DNA from: Octopus sinensis
Taxonomy: Eukaryota
Length of the DNA stretch: 64,000 nucleotides
Assembly (NCBI RefSeq): GCF_006345805.1
Contig: NC_043003.1
Location: 98,394,001-98,458,000 of the forward strand
Direction of reading: 5' to 3'
The notes under the pieces: model-generated
Databases searched by the model: none
Seen by the model: the letters and a program-made list of their open reading frames with translations, nothing else
What the model was told of the DNA's origin: nothing
In this document: positions 26,011 through 40,025 of the stretch, piece after piece
Position numbering within the stretch: position 1 is the stretch's first letter
Layout of the letters: the number at the start of each line of letters is the position of its first letter
Program-made: the position numbers and the translations under genes

Positions 26011-26084
26011 GGTGTATCTTTACAGAACTAGTGCATGTTTAGCGTGAGATGCTTTGGCTGTACGTGTAAGACATGGTACTTATG

Positions 26085-26975
26085 TACTGGATATGAGGAA
26101 GGCATGAAATGTTTTAGTATGTGCATACTGCTGTTAGTGTGAATGGTAATACAGCATCACAGACAGCTCGGAATATTAATAGAGTATTTCATTCTAATGT
26201 TATTACACAGCAGACAGTATCAAATTGGCTTGCAAAATTTCTTTCTGGTAACTTTGACCTCACAAATGAACAACGCGGTCGATCAGAAACAAAGGTGGAT
26301 AATGACGAACTGAAAGCCACCGTCGAGTCAAATCCATCTTAAAGTGCCCGTGAAATTATCGCTATTGTTTGGTGTTAGCAAGCAAACAATATTGACACGC
26401 TTAGTTCAAATCGGTAAAGTGAAAAAGTTGGATAAGTGGGTTCCACATGAACTCAATGAAAATCAGAAACAGCAACGTTTGGAAGCCTGCTTCATGCTAC
26501 TTTCTCGTCACAAAAATAAATCATTTTTGAATCGAAGTGTATCATGTGATGAGAAATAGATCTAATACAACAACCGTAAGCGTTCAGCACAATAGTTGGA
26601 CAAAGACGAGCCACCAAAACACAGTCCAAAAAGCAAAATTCATCAAAAGAAGCTGATGGTTTGCGTTTGGTGGTCTGGCACAGGTGTGATCCATTATAAT
26701 GTCATTAAACGTGACTCATAAAACACGGTCGAAGTATTTTGCAGCCAGTTGGACCAAATGAAGCAGAAAGTTACCTGAAAAAAAAAACAGCCTAGATTAA
26801 TCAACAGATTCACTCCTATTTTATTGCAAGACAACGCCAGACTACACATCGCAAAAACGACATTGGCGAAACTACAGGATTTGGAGTTGGAAGTTCTCCA
26901 TAATCCACCATACTCACCTGATCTTGCCCCCTCTGACTACCAATTCTTCCAGAATTTGATAACTTTTTAATTCCG
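26085..26975 (+). mobile_element. Mariner (DD34D) transposase pseudogene
   Basis: WVPHEL, CDEK, QDNARLH and YSPDLAPSDY; 34 residues between the 2nd and 3rd D; stops and frameshifts. Confidence 0.92.
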
Positions 26976-26989
26976 ACGATGCTGTAAAA

Positions 26990-27130
26990 CAGATGGGTTG
27001 GACGGTTTGACTAGAGCTGCACTAGGTTCCAGTTTGATTTGGCTTGGTTTCTACAGATGGATGCCCTTCCTAAAGCCAAGCACTTTACAGTGTGTGCTGG
27101 GTGCTTTTAATGTTGCACTGGCACAGAAAA
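26990..27130 (-). mobile_element. RTE-like 3'-region fragment
   Basis: GGATGCCCTTCCTAAAGCCAAGC resembles the reverse complement of RTE 3' UTR motifs (recalled). Confidence 0.4.
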
Positions 27131-27729
27131 ATAGTGGATATGGAAGCTGCAACAGAAAATCAAAATTCATACTTCTTCTACATACACACATACCTAAATG
27201 CTATGGAAGATGAGGAACTGAGATGTCTGGAAAAGGGTTGTTACTCATTGTGCTGACAGTACTGGAATATCAAAGAGCTAAGATTTTATTGAATCTAGAT
27301 TGACAGATTTTACAGTTTCTGAGTGGACAAGCTAACGTTGAAACAGCAAAAGTGTATTGACAATATCGGTGCATAACTTAATGAATAAAACTTTTCCTTG
27401 TATTTATAAAACATTAGCAAACTGTTTTTTTCTTTTCTACAAATTTCATACTTGACGACCTAATAATATTGGCGATAATTTTTATGTTCCAATCGTAACT
27501 TTAGGTTGATAACTTCTGACAAATTGTAATTCCTCTTTATGTAAAGACTTTTTGATTTCTAAGTGAGTTTGGTAAAGAACAAGCATGAAACTGTTCGTCC
27601 TTGAGTCGTCTTGTAAATGGTCTGGCATTACATTGGTTACGGCGACGAGCTGATCCGTGTAGCGGAACAGCCTGCTGGTGAAATGAACGTGCAAGTGACT
27701 GAGCGCTCCACAGACATGCGTACACTTCA

Positions 27730-27969
27730 CGCCACTGGAAGGTCTTCCCTCGTTTTTTGTGCCCTCTTTGTTAAAATTAATACCCAACGGGTTGCGATCA
27801 AGACTTCTTAAGAACCTACATCCTTACCTATGAACAACGGAATATTTTTCTGAATCCAGTGTTGTGCCTATCTGGAGCTGTGGGATGGTGCCGAGTCCTG
27901 TTGGAGGCTCCAAAGTACACCTTGAAAGTGCTCATTCTCCTATGGCGGCAGTTCAGGTTCCAGAATGTC
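27730..27969. mobile_element. Rearranged fragment of the maT element (internal inversion)
   Basis: 27730-27784 matches about 29968-30020 (+); 27785-27969 matches about 30035-30220 (-). Confidence 0.85.
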
Positions 27970-28146
27970 ATGGAGATTCAGCGGCATGATATAGAATATG
28001 ACAAGTAAGTGTATTTTGAAATACAGGCACTACTCAGTTTTATCAACTGAGTTGTATTTACACACTCAAACAAAAAATATATATATATATAATCATACAA
28101 ACATATCTATATAAGCATACAAACATACGTATATATTAACATATAA

Positions 28147-28185
<39 letters not shown>

Positions 28186-29170
28186 AACATTCTTCCCATA
28201 CAAACACAGATACATATATATATGAATATACTCGAACACACACATTACATATAAACATGCACACACATATACAAATACACACATACACACATATACAGGC
28301 ACTGCTATTTGCCATTATATGCATTTCATTTAAATAAAGGAACAACAAATTTTTAATTCTCTTTTCGCTATTGTTTAACAGGACCACAGTCTGATCAAAT
28401 AAATTTGGTAAAAAATGGTTCCAGCTGTGACCACCCGTCAGGTTTTTTTTTAGAGGTTAAGGTATCATTTGCGCAGCAATTCGCTGCTAAATTTAGTAGA
28501 TCGAGCAGTAGACTAGTGACACTTATGTTAGTGTTTTTACTGTTTTAAGCTGCGTTATGTTTTAGCTATAGCTGTTGGTTTCCTTTAGTCTAATAATGTA
28601 ATTAAGCTAATTTATAATAATTATTTTAATTTAATTAATAAAGTGTTTTCAATTACTGAAAAAGATTTGTCTACAGCAAAATAGTTTTAGAATAAAGCAA
28701 AATATTATTCCCGTACATAGATACATTCGTGCATATACAAACACACACACACACACACACCCACCCACACACACACACACACACCCACCCACCCACACAC
28801 ACACGCACACACATACATACACACACACACATTCGCACGTACACACAAAAACACACACGCACACGCATGCACGTACACACATATATACATATGCGAGTAC
28901 AGACTTTCACACACGCAAATGTACTACAGTTGTACGAGTGTGTATGTATGCATATATGTATGGCTGGTCTATGTCTGGGTGCGTGTGTGCGTGTGTGTGT
29001 GTGTATGTGTGTGTGTGTGTATGTGTGTGTGTGCGTGAAAGGTATAGGAGGGGGAAATGAGACTTTAAATTTTTTTATGCGAATTCATAATGGTACTTGA
29101 AACTTGTGGTAAAAGTAGGTAGAGTTGGTGGTAATAAACTACATACATGTAAAGATCCACACTCACACCC

Positions 29171-29248
<78 letters not shown>

Positions 29249-29251
29249 ATA

Positions 29252-30527
29252 CAGGGTGTCCCGAGTTAAGGTAACCGAAGTTTCGGGCTTCAATAACTAT
29301 CAATAAATGGGATAAGATATGAAAATTATACATCATTATGAAAGATTAGTGTGTCATCTTTTGTTTCAGACTAAATAAATTCAAATCTATAAATTAGATA
29401 ATACCTATAGACCAAAATATAATCATAACCCTCCACAAAGGTGGCAAAAGTGTTGCAGCTATAGCAATAAAAGCTTAAAATTAACCGAACAACAGTCTGG
29501 AAAATTGTGAAAAAATTTCAAATTACTGGCTCCAAGCTGATCGAACTGGACGTGACCGAAAAAGAAGTGTACAGACCTTTAAGCTTATCAAAAGTACCAA
29601 AGAAAAGATATGGCAAAATCCTCGACGTTCCATCAGAAAACTGGTTCCATAGCAAAAATAAGCCGGACATCGATGCATCGAGTGCTGAAGGAGGATCTTA
29701 GGACCCACTCTTACAAGATTACACGCCGTCCTGAGCTCACGCAAGTTTATAAGGACATGGCACTGAAGAGAAGTTGTCTTATCCTGCGTCAGATTGCTTA
29801 AGGCACGCTACCCAACCTGGTGTTCACTGATGAAAAGAAATTTGATATCGAACAGGCAGCAAACCACCAGAATGGCCGGCTTTGGAGTGTATTTGGTTCC
29901 GTCGGGGGAAAACTCTATAATGGACGTCAAAATCCACAGTCAGTTATGGTTTGGGAGTCTATAACAGCCACTGGAAGATCTTCCCTCGTTTTTCTGCCCT
30001 TTGTGTTAAAATTAATACCCATCGATACATTAGCGACATTCTGGAACCTGAACTGCCCCCATAGGAGAATGAGTACTTTCAAGGTGTACCCTGGAGCCTC
30101 CAACAGGACTCGGCACCATCCCACAGCTCCAGATAGGCACAACACTGGATTCAGAAAAATATTCCGTTGTTCATAAGCAAGGATGTAGGTTCTTAAGAAG
30201 TCCTGATCTCAACCCGTTGGATTTCTCTTTTGGATCCATTTTGAGGTGAGTGTCTCGAGCATTCCTCATGCTTCGCTCGACGTTCTGAAGGAAATCTGCG
30301 CCAGGAATGGGCTTCAATTCCGCAAGAATAGCTGCGCGTGCCGCGTGCGAAGAATTCACACCTAAATTTAAGGTTAAGATTCGAAACGGGGGTGGTCATA
30401 TCGAATAAATATGATAATATAATTGTTTCCTTTACCATTGTATTGCAACTCTCGGACCTGAAATATAACGATATCTTGCTTCTGCAAAATTGAAATAAGT
30501 TGGTTGCCTTAATTTTGGGTCACCCTG
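29252..30527 (+). mobile_element. maT/Bmmar1-type (DD37D) transposon, full length, defective
   Basis: TA flanks; imperfect TIRs CAGGGTGTCCCGAGTTAAGGTAACC / CAGGGTGACCCAAAATTAAGGCAACC; FTDEKKF, QQDSAP, SPDLNPLDF with 37-residue spacing after repairing a 1-bp deletion. Confidence 0.9.
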
Positions 30528-30579
30528 TATATACATACATATGTATACCTACACTCACACACATATGTGTATTTTTGTC

Positions 30580-30785
30580 TTTGTGTTTGTTTTTGTCGCT
30601 CAATCACCGCTTGACAATCGGGGTGTTTATTTATTTCATCGTAACTTAGCAGCTCGGCAAAAAGGAACGATAGGATAAGTAGCACGCTTAAAAATAGTAG
30701 TTGGGGGTTGATTTATTCGACTAAAATTCTTTAAGGACATGTCCGAGCATAACTGCAGTCTAATGACTTGAATGAGTAAACGATA
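30580..30785 (+). mobile_element. SINE family B 3' half
   Basis: CGCTTGACAA...CTTAGCAGCTCGGCAAAA...GCAGTCTAATGACT. Confidence 0.7.
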
Positions 30786-30795
30786 ACAGATAACG

Positions 30796-30826
<31 letters not shown>

Positions 30827-31503
30827 TGTATGTATGTATGTATGTATGTATGTATGTATGTATGTATGCATGTATGTATGTATGAATGTGTGAATGTGTG
30901 AATGTGTGAATGTATATATGTATATATGTATATATGTATGTATACCGATTTTACTATTAGAACGTGGTCATGCTGACGCATAGCCTTGACAGCTTTCGTT
31001 ATGTATATCGATGCCAATGCTTTGATGCTTATTTTATGAATTTGACTGTAGCTGTAAATACAGTAGCCATAATCGACTGTTCGATGTACCAATTTTGCCA
31101 GTACTCTTCTTAGAAATACATATACACACATATATACATACACTTAAATAGATGCCTGTTGTCGAGAATCAAGTTAAAAAGTCCATCATAGAATGGATGA
31201 TGTGTCACGAATCATCATAGCTCAAGATCGTCATGTCAGGAAGTGTCCTGACGAAGAGAGCAAGAAGTTGTCAAAAAACGCTTGTGGATTATTGAATACA
31301 AGGAAGTAAATAGCTGACGGTGAGTCTTGTCTCTCACTATATAGAAACACTTCTCATGGTACCAGTAGACCAAAAGGAAAGGCATTGCTTCTGAGGAAAG
31401 CGAGGCAGAATGCACAGGAACAGACACTGACTGATTTATGCATGCAGCACAACGCAGAGGGAACTGAAGAGTATTAGCAAACCGATCCCTGAACACAGGG
31501 ACA

Positions 31504-31621
<118 letters not shown>

Positions 31622-31629
31622 GTATATAT

Positions 31630-31975
31630 AAATGCAAATTAAGTACAGGACGTCACCAACGAGCTAAAAACCCGCAAACACATGAGAGACATGCACAGGA
31701 CAAGAAAACACACAATAAGGACAGGACATCAATAGCAAATAAAAAATACGTAAACCCATAGCGAGAGACATGTACGGGAAAAAGTATCAAAAGAAGTCTA
31801 ACTCCCCCTCAGTTGTCGACTGTTTATTACTCCCTATTTCTAGCTTTCAACGACAAGATAGGATAACTTGAAATATGAAGTTTGTGGAGAATTAGGGCTT
31901 CGAACGAACAAAGATAAACAGAGTGGACGTACAGAGTAAACAATCGAAGACAGACATTAATGGCCGTTAGGTCAA
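31630..31975 (-). mobile_element. (TA)n-anchored non-coding repeat, pLTR-like
   Basis: Ends in (TA)n; shares CCGTACATGTCTCT with 22621-22864; only a very decayed HHR-like trace. Confidence 0.35.
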
Positions 31976-32131
31976 GACACATTGTAATTGGTAACGCGTG
32001 GGAGAAATTTTGAAAGAGTATGGAATAAATAGAAGAGAAGAAAATAGTAGAAGAGAAAAAATGTCGGGAGACGAGAGAAATGACGTCCAGCTAGGTGAAC
32101 GTCACATCCAAAAAGACAGAGATGAGATAAA

Positions 32132-32335
32132 TGGCCTGTAGTCACGTGTGAGCAAACTGGCAGGAGAAGGCTAAATGACATCCATCTAAGGCCGACAACA
32201 GCGGCACAACTCACTGCAAGTTTTAACAGAGTATGGGCTGCTATCTCACTGGCCTTCATCAATTGTTTGATGCATTCAATGTACAAAAGATGCTTGGCGG
32301 TAGTCAACGCTAACGGTGGTCACTCGAAATATTGA
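32132..32335 (+). mobile_element. Tc1-like transposase C-terminal remnant
   Basis: WAAISLAFINCLMHSMYKRCLAVVNANGGHSKY* matches the Tc1 C-terminal W..I....I..LI.SM..RC.AVI.A.GG.T.Y pattern. Confidence 0.8.
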
Positions 32336-32639
32336 GTGCATATCTTTGGATCCAGGACGCCCGTGGCGTCAGATATGTTTCAGGAAATGACGTTTTATCA
32401 TTAGAAAAGAACGGTTTCTTAATTAGCACTCTTCAATCAATGCTATGGCAGTCTGTTAATAAACCGGTTTCTGTTTAGAATGTGTGCGACTGTTTTTTGC
32501 GTGTGGTTCAGTTTATACATACATACATACATACATACATACATACATACATACATACATACATACATACATACATGCATACATACAACACATATATATA
32601 TAAATATATATATATGAACTGAACCACAGTGTATACCAC

Positions 32640-32750
32640 TGTAATAATTATCTATATCAAACTGAAGGAACTTACTATCCAAGTTAATATCAAGATGCTT
32701 AAAGCAATCTATTACTTGGCGTGTGTCAGACCACAGTTCCATTTGGGCAT
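32640..32750 (-). mobile_element. PLE RT micro-fragment
   Basis: LWSDTRQVIDCFKHLDINLDSKFLQFDIDNYY parallels IWKNSKSVIEWFKGI..FTQFDIIDFY at 57495. Confidence 0.7.
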
Positions 32751-32822
32751 CTGTCGTGTGCGAATAGATAAATGAACGAATTTGGAGTCAACAAGGAGTA
32801 CAGTATATATATATATATATAA

Positions 32823-33090
32823 AAGGTAAAGACCCCCTTCGGTCATGAATGACCATGGGATTGCACCTAGAAAGTTACCCTCCTAGACACAAGTCCGGGC
32901 AAGGTTGTTTATGGAAGACCAGCAGTCGCCCATGCATACCAGCCTCCCCTCTCCACGCCACCAGTGTTATCCAAGGGAAAGACAAAGGTCGATACAGCTT
33001 GGCACCAGTGACATCGCAACTCATTTCTACAGCTGAGTGAACTGGAGCAACGTGAAATAAAGTTCCTTGCTCAAGAACACAACACGCAGG
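32823..33090 (-). mobile_element. SINE family C, head-truncated
   Basis: GTGTTCTTGAGCAAGG core; same family as 54544-55148. Confidence 0.85.
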
Positions 33091-33334
33091 CCTGACAGCT
33101 TGGAGACACACCCACCCTGAATTTATTAAAATTTGCTATTCTAACTTGGAAGTGAATTTCACTTGTTGAATATCTGCTGATTAATAAACAAGACATTGAT
33201 CAACTGTTTACCTGATTGCCTGAGTATTTGGCAGCTATATAACTTATTACGCAATCTAACGGTGTTATGCTCATTACAAAATAAAAATCTTAATGAAACA
33301 ATTGTAGCGATACCAGATAACCCATTTGTCTTTT

Positions 33335-33336
33335 TC

Positions 33337-33424
<88 letters not shown>

Positions 33425-33453
33425 GTCTGTCTGTCTGTCTGTCTGTCTGTCGG

Positions 33454-33525
<72 letters not shown>

Positions 33526-33530
33526 CCTAT

Positions 33531-33608
<78 letters not shown>

Positions 33609-33613
33609 GTCTA

Positions 33614-33644
<31 letters not shown>

Positions 33645-33700
33645 TTCTATCTATCTATCTATCTATCTATCTATCATCTATCTATCTATCTATCTATCTA

Positions 33701-33749
<49 letters not shown>

Positions 33750-33770
33750 GTCTCTCTCTCTCTCTATACA
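33335..33770. repeat. (ATCT)n/(GTCT)n microsatellite
   Basis: Direct reading. Confidence 0.95.
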
Positions 33771-35697
33771 TACATATACGTATACACACACATATTTGTA
33801 CATATTTATATGCGTCTCGCTTTCTCTCTCTCTGTCTCTCTCTCCCTCTCTCACCCTTCTCCCTCTTTCTGTACGTATTTTTTTCTTTGTTTTCAATTTT
33901 CAAATTTAGTAGGTCTGCACTTCATCCCAACTATATTTTATCTGCACTCTTAATATTGTTCACATATAACCGTCAGTTCAGCTAGTGTTGTTTATACATT
34001 TACTTCAGATTGTTTGACAAGAAATCTTCACTGCAGTTAGGGATGTATTAGGAGAAATAGCTTTCCCAAATACATAACAAAACTCGTTCTATAAAAACAT
34101 TACAGATTGAGGTGACAATCCTTTAACCTGTTTTGCTTACAATTCAGTCCGGTATTTTGCCTGTTTGGATGGGGAGTTGTGTTTATCAGTCGATTTGGCT
34201 TTGGCCTAGCTCTGTTGTTTATTCGCTTGTCTTGTTGGATACTACTATTAAAGGTATTTTAATAATAATTATTCCATCTGTTGTATATCTGCGAATACAT
34301 TATTTAATGTCTTTACAGACAATTTGGGTGTAATTTTAGAAATGTTTGGTCACTATTTCCAACAGATTCATAAGATCACATCGAAGCTTACATCGTAGTT
34401 AGAATCAGCAGACCTAAATAATAACACTATTTCAGCGATGAACGTTCTCTCTTACTCCCAACCATATCATGTGTACCTATCTAACATCGCACTCACTTCT
34501 GTATTCATGTTTTTCAGTTTTACAAAAGGTTGGGGTGATTTGCGAAAGATCAAGCTGATTTTTTTGCGGACTGAGTGAGCATAAATGGCTCCCATATGTG
34601 TTCAGCGGCTTCCCTGCCACATGTATTGCATACTTTAGTTGTTGTTGCTATTGATTACTTCTGATCTAAAGGCATCATAAATGAAACTAAGGTGGGGTTC
34701 TTTTTGGCTTTTGTTTTCATACAAGAACACATCTTCCATGTAGCCTCTTGTGTTTGACAATGGAGTAGTGTATTAACAGACATGCATACATTACATACGA
34801 AAGTAGAACAAACGGGAAACTAGATGAAAACTTAACGGACGGGGAATATAGACAAAGACACGATACAAGGAATATTCGCAGCTGAGTTTTCCTCGTTAGC
34901 CAATGAATCAAAATATCATCGTGGTTTCCCACCATTATCATTGCGACCACTCAATCTTGGAGGCGCCAGTGCTGCTATTATATATAATAATGAAAAAGGG
35001 TTAAACATTTTTTAAAGTTTTATCAGTGGCCAGTATATAAAAATACAGGTGAAATCATTTATATAATTATAATTAAGGGAATAGAAAAAATATTTTTCTA
35101 AGCCTATATGCCGAAGATAGACGCTACAAGAAAGCAAATGCAAAACCATAACTAGACATAAATATCTCAGATACCTCCAAGAACAAATTTCGCAGCTTAC
35201 CTAGTTATGGCTTTGCGTTTGCTATCCTGTAGGTATGTATAAACGTCTCATTTATTTCCTGTATGTTTAAAATTTTAGGGAAGTACTGCGCTAAAGAATG
35301 AGCAAAGCTAGTGCTCTCATGAATAAATCAATAAATATAAACTCATAAAAACATTAGGTATATATGCACCCTAGACAGAAATGTTAGTAGCCAGAATCTC
35401 TCAGAGATTTATAGGGCTCGTCCATATGCGGTATGCAGATTTGTTGTTGAATTCCTAGAGATGATATTGTTCGCATTTCTCCGACAATTGGATATTTACT
35501 ATTATGGAGCAGATTATGTATTTATTCGTCTAATTTTAGCTTCATTTGCAAGTTGGAAAAAGGCTCATTAAAAAAAGAACTAATATAGTTTAGAATTCCT
35601 TTCCATGCAACACGATACTTAAGAAGTAAACATTCGTGTACCCGAATCCACGATATGATTTGGATTCCCGTTTACAGCCACCTCACCACTTTTATAT

Positions 35698-36683
35698 TCT
35701 TTTCTACTCTAGGCACAAGGCCCGAAATTTTTAAGGAGGGGTGTCAGTCGATTAGATCGACCCAAATACACAACTGGCACTTAATTCATACAGCACCCCT
35801 TCCGCCAAAGATGGAAGGCAAAGTCGACCTCGGCAGAATTTGAACTCAGAACGGAAAGACAGACGAATTTCTATTTCTATTCCTATTTCTATTTCTTTAC
35901 TATCCACAAGAGGCTAAACACAGAGAGCACAAAGAAGGACAGACAAACGGATTAAGTCGATTATGACGACCCCAGTGCGTAACTGGTACTTATTTAATCG
36001 AACCCAAAAGGATGAAAGGCAAAGTCGACCTCGGCGGAATTTCAACTCAGAACGTAGCGGCAGACGGAATACCTATTTCTTTACTACCCACAAGGGGCTA
36101 AACATAGAGTAGACAAACAAGGACAGACAAAGGGATCAAGTTGATTACATCGACCCCAGTGCGAAACTGGTACTTAATTTATCGACCCCGAAAGGATGAA
36201 AGGCAAAGTCGACCTCGGCGGAATTTCAACTCAGTACGTAGCGGCAGACAAAATATCTATTTCTATTTCTTTACTACCCACAAGGGACTAAACACAGAGA
36301 GGACAAACAAGGACAGATAGACGGATTAAGTAGATTATATCGACACCAGTGCGTAACTGGTACTTATTTAATCGACCCCGAAAGGCTGAAAGGCAAAGAC
36401 GACCTCGGTGGAATTTGAAATCAGAACGTAGCGGCAGACGAAATACCTGTTTCTTTACTACCCACAAGGGGCTAAACACAGAGAGGACAAACAAGGACAG
36501 ATAGACGGATTAAGTCGATTATATCGACCCCAGTGCGTAACTGGTACTTATTTAATCGACCTCGAAAGGATGAAAGGCAAAGTCGATCTCGGCGGAATTT
36601 GAACTCAGAATGTAGAGACAAACGAAACACTACTAAGCATTTCGCCCGGCGTGCTAACGTTTCTGCCAGCTCGCCGCCTTAAA
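35698..36683 (-). mobile_element. SINE family A pentamer under one TSD
   Basis: One full head plus four units lacking the A box; TSD ACTTTTATAT at 35688-35697 and 36684-36693; last unit carries tail 2. Confidence 0.85.
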
Positions 36684-37879
36684 ACTTTTATATTTATAGT
36701 ATTTTTGAAAGAACAGCTTAAAGGTAATTTTGTTTCGTTTTTTCCTATAATGCTGAATCTATCAACCTATATAGCAAACGTATTCCCCGATGATAATATA
36801 CTCGTAATTGCATGCATCGTTTATTCAGAAAACAACTCTCTAACTTCTGTTCTTTCAACTGAAATAATTACCTTTGCGGTGCTGGTTGTACCATAAAATA
36901 TATACGCTATTTCATTTAAGAGCATTATAAATCAAAACACCCATTATCACTGGTATTCAGATATATATCTGAAATGTCATAGTCGGCATAGTAAGAGATT
37001 CAAAACTAAATGCTGACTATCGGTTTATAAACGACTGATTTCAATTACGTCACTTTTGCTGCTGGGGAAATATGACGAATGAACTAAAATTAAATCTTAG
37101 GTTTCTTACTCTATCATTTTCCAGGACAAATTTTCATTATTCGCAACTTAGCTTCTTTGGTTTTCTATATCTTTTTATTTAATTCATGCAACGTTAGAAT
37201 CATATAAACACTTTAACGTTGTGAACACTGAGCAAAAATGTCGCATCATATATGCAGTTAGGCCAGAGAGTATAGAGAGGGGAGAATGGAGTGAATATAT
37301 TTTCATATCCAATACATGTAGTACATAGAGAGTATGCAATTGGGTTCTCGACTAGATGTGGACATGATATAACTGAAATAACAAATCTAGGGGAACATCT
37401 AAATGATTGAACGGCAACCAGCGGGCCTTAGTTTCACCAACAACATTTTAAAACAGAATCACAAACCTACCCATGCAGACAGAATCACATGCTACACATA
37501 CGTTTACTTTTGCATTTATTCTCTACCTGGCAAAAATCTCATTACGAGATACGTTCCAGTTGCTGCTAGCGCTAATGAAAATATATTTGAATTCACATTC
37601 TGAATATTCACATACGTACAAAACAAAACGTGTACACAATCACTTCTCTTCCAACACAATAGACACGCATAACAAACATGAACATATAGGTATATTTCGG
37701 CATATGAATGTCCCTGCAGTTCGATCACTGCAGGTCAATTTATTATGGTGCAGCTGGTTGAGTATTAAAACATTCTTATTTTACCCTCAGTATGACTTCG
37801 CAACACATAAATTTGTTCGCACCCGAAAATGTTTTACACAACACTTCATCCTTTATGCCATTACACAATCGCTCAGTCT

Positions 37880-38040
37880 GTTAGATATCTTCGAAACCAA
37901 TAAAGAAAAAGGGTTCATGGGTCGTTGAATGCCTCTGAAAGACACTTTCGGCTATAGTCTGGAAACTTAAATACGAAAGGACCAATTTCAACATCCAATA
38001 GAAAATTCTCTCCAAAACCAGACCCTATATATTAACGGGG
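37880..38040 (+). mobile_element. Highly decayed PLE GIY-YIG fragment
   Basis: TLSAIVWKLKYERTNFNIQ*KILSKTRPY resembles T.LS.YIW.LK....FNI.W.IL...PY. Confidence 0.5.
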
Positions 38041-38448
38041 CCCCAAAATATCTTAAAGAACCTGAGAGCCTCCAATGACTACACAGTTTCCAGGAATGAG
38101 GTTTCTTCTGTATATCCACACTTTAAGAAATGCATCTCGGCGGAATATAAAGTAGGCCACCCGATATAGTAAACCCTTAACATCTTGTTTACGTCTGGAT
38201 GACTTCGATTTATTGTAACGTTGATTATCTCCCTTGTGTTTTCTTCTTGTCTCCTTCCTTATCAGCATCACTTGTTTAAGCATCATCTACTCAAAAGGTA
38301 ACTGACAAACAGTATTGTTCTCAATTGAAAAAAGGGAAATTAAATGAATGTCTCGACATGGAAAACCTGGTAGCTGTATTTAACAAGGCTTGTAGTTTTT
38401 ATTATAACATTATATATATATATATATATATATATACGCTTGTGAGTG

Positions 38449-38495
<47 letters not shown>

Positions 38496-38529
38496 ATTAT
38501 ATATATATAATATTATATATATATATATG

Positions 38530-39030
38530 TAAAAGTAAAAAATACACAAACTGGGACAAGAACGTGAAACATTTAGAAGACGACACAAAAAACACGGACG
38601 GGACATTCGAAGCCCTCAATCATCAGTCAAGAACCGGATTATCTTCGCAATTTCGGCTGATTAATCTTGAGATTGCTCCGATCTGGGCAGCCCCCAAGGG
38701 AAATCTAAGCCAAGCGCATTAGATTCCTTGGAAGAAAGCCTCGAATGTATACAACACAGGGACGGAAAATGGACGATGTTACACGAATAAAAATACAAAA
38801 ATACGTAAAAACAATAATGATAGCACGAATAAGAATACAAAATACGTAAAAACAATAATGGTAAGGATAACAACAAAACCAGGACGTCAGGACAAGCGCC
38901 TTTTCGACAGGACGAGTTAAGTTTTGAGCTGACTATAGAAGAGTGCCTTAAGGCCACAGAGAACAAACAAATGTGTCTTGCCACAATGACTGCTGGATGC
39001 GAAAAGGCAGTAGTCGGTGGCTGGTCATAT
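38530..39030 (-). mobile_element. (TA)n-flanked non-coding repeat, pLTR-like
   Basis: About 500 bp between (TA)n tracts with an internal 35-bp duplication; CTGATGA present but no complete HHR. Confidence 0.35.
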
Positions 39031-39250
39031 ATATATATATATATATAAATTTATATAAATAAGGTTGAGATCGATATTTAATTACCGATTTTATCAGGGA
39101 ATAAAAACCTTCCAAAGGTAATAATTATTTAAAATTATTTAAAATAGTAGTCAAAATTTGACTCTAAAACCACATGAACATTTCATGTGGTTTTAGAGTC
39201 AGTTTTGACTGCTATTTCCAGCGTGGTAGTATCCTCTTAGATACCCTAAT

Positions 39251-39302
<52 letters not shown>

Positions 39303-39626
39303 GTGTGTGTGTGTGTGTGGTGTGTGTGTACATTGATAGACTCATGCATGAACATTGAGACACTCGTACACATTCTCTCTCACGCATATTAGCTATAGCT
39401 TTGAAACATCTTTCATACACAGTTATACATCCCAAACATACAATACCATATACATGCAACAATAACCATATATCTATTTACAAACACATCTTCATACCAG
39501 TCACATTCAATACGTCATATTAGCAGTGGCCAATCGACGAGCAGTTCATGGAATTTCTATCCTGTCCATCAACTGTCATGTCTTCTATCCCCCCAACCCC
39601 CACAGACACATGCACATACACACACA

Positions 39627-39660
<34 letters not shown>

Positions 39661-39889
39661 CTTTGCCTTTCATGTTTTGAATTTCATTTTCGTCTATTAC
39701 GTCAGACTGTATAACTCCCGATCGGATGTTGTAAATATCTTTTGTTTTTGAAATCATAGAATATACACCTTCCTCCACGTGGTCTTAAATTCCATCTAAC
39801 CCATGACGTCATTGAATTGTAAATATACAGTAAAGATTCACACATCACACACGCACAAACGCGCATGCGCAAAATCTCTTTATATCATA

Positions 39890-39920
39890 CTAGACTTACT
39901 ACCCAGCGTTGCCCGGTAAA
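39890..39920 (-). mobile_element. Helitron 3' terminus (second family)
   Basis: Minus strand ACCGGGCAACGCTGGGT-AGTAAGT-CTAG|T. Confidence 0.6.
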
Positions 39921-39974
39921 GTATTCACGGAATTCTTTGCCAATTTGTAGAATAGGAAGTCATGGTACTTATGC

Positions 39975-40025
<51 letters not shown>

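Noticed and set aside
31813-31856. TTGTC..TAAAC-A-GTC-GACAA hammerhead-like trace (minus)
   Set aside because: Helix I pairs but the core is unrecognisable
35698-36683. CRISPR-like or satellite appearance of regular repeats
   Set aside because: No unique spacers or cas genes; units are SINE bodies
38600-38645. CTGATGA in the (TA)n-flanked repeat (minus)
   Set aside because: No GAAA plus helix I pairing found
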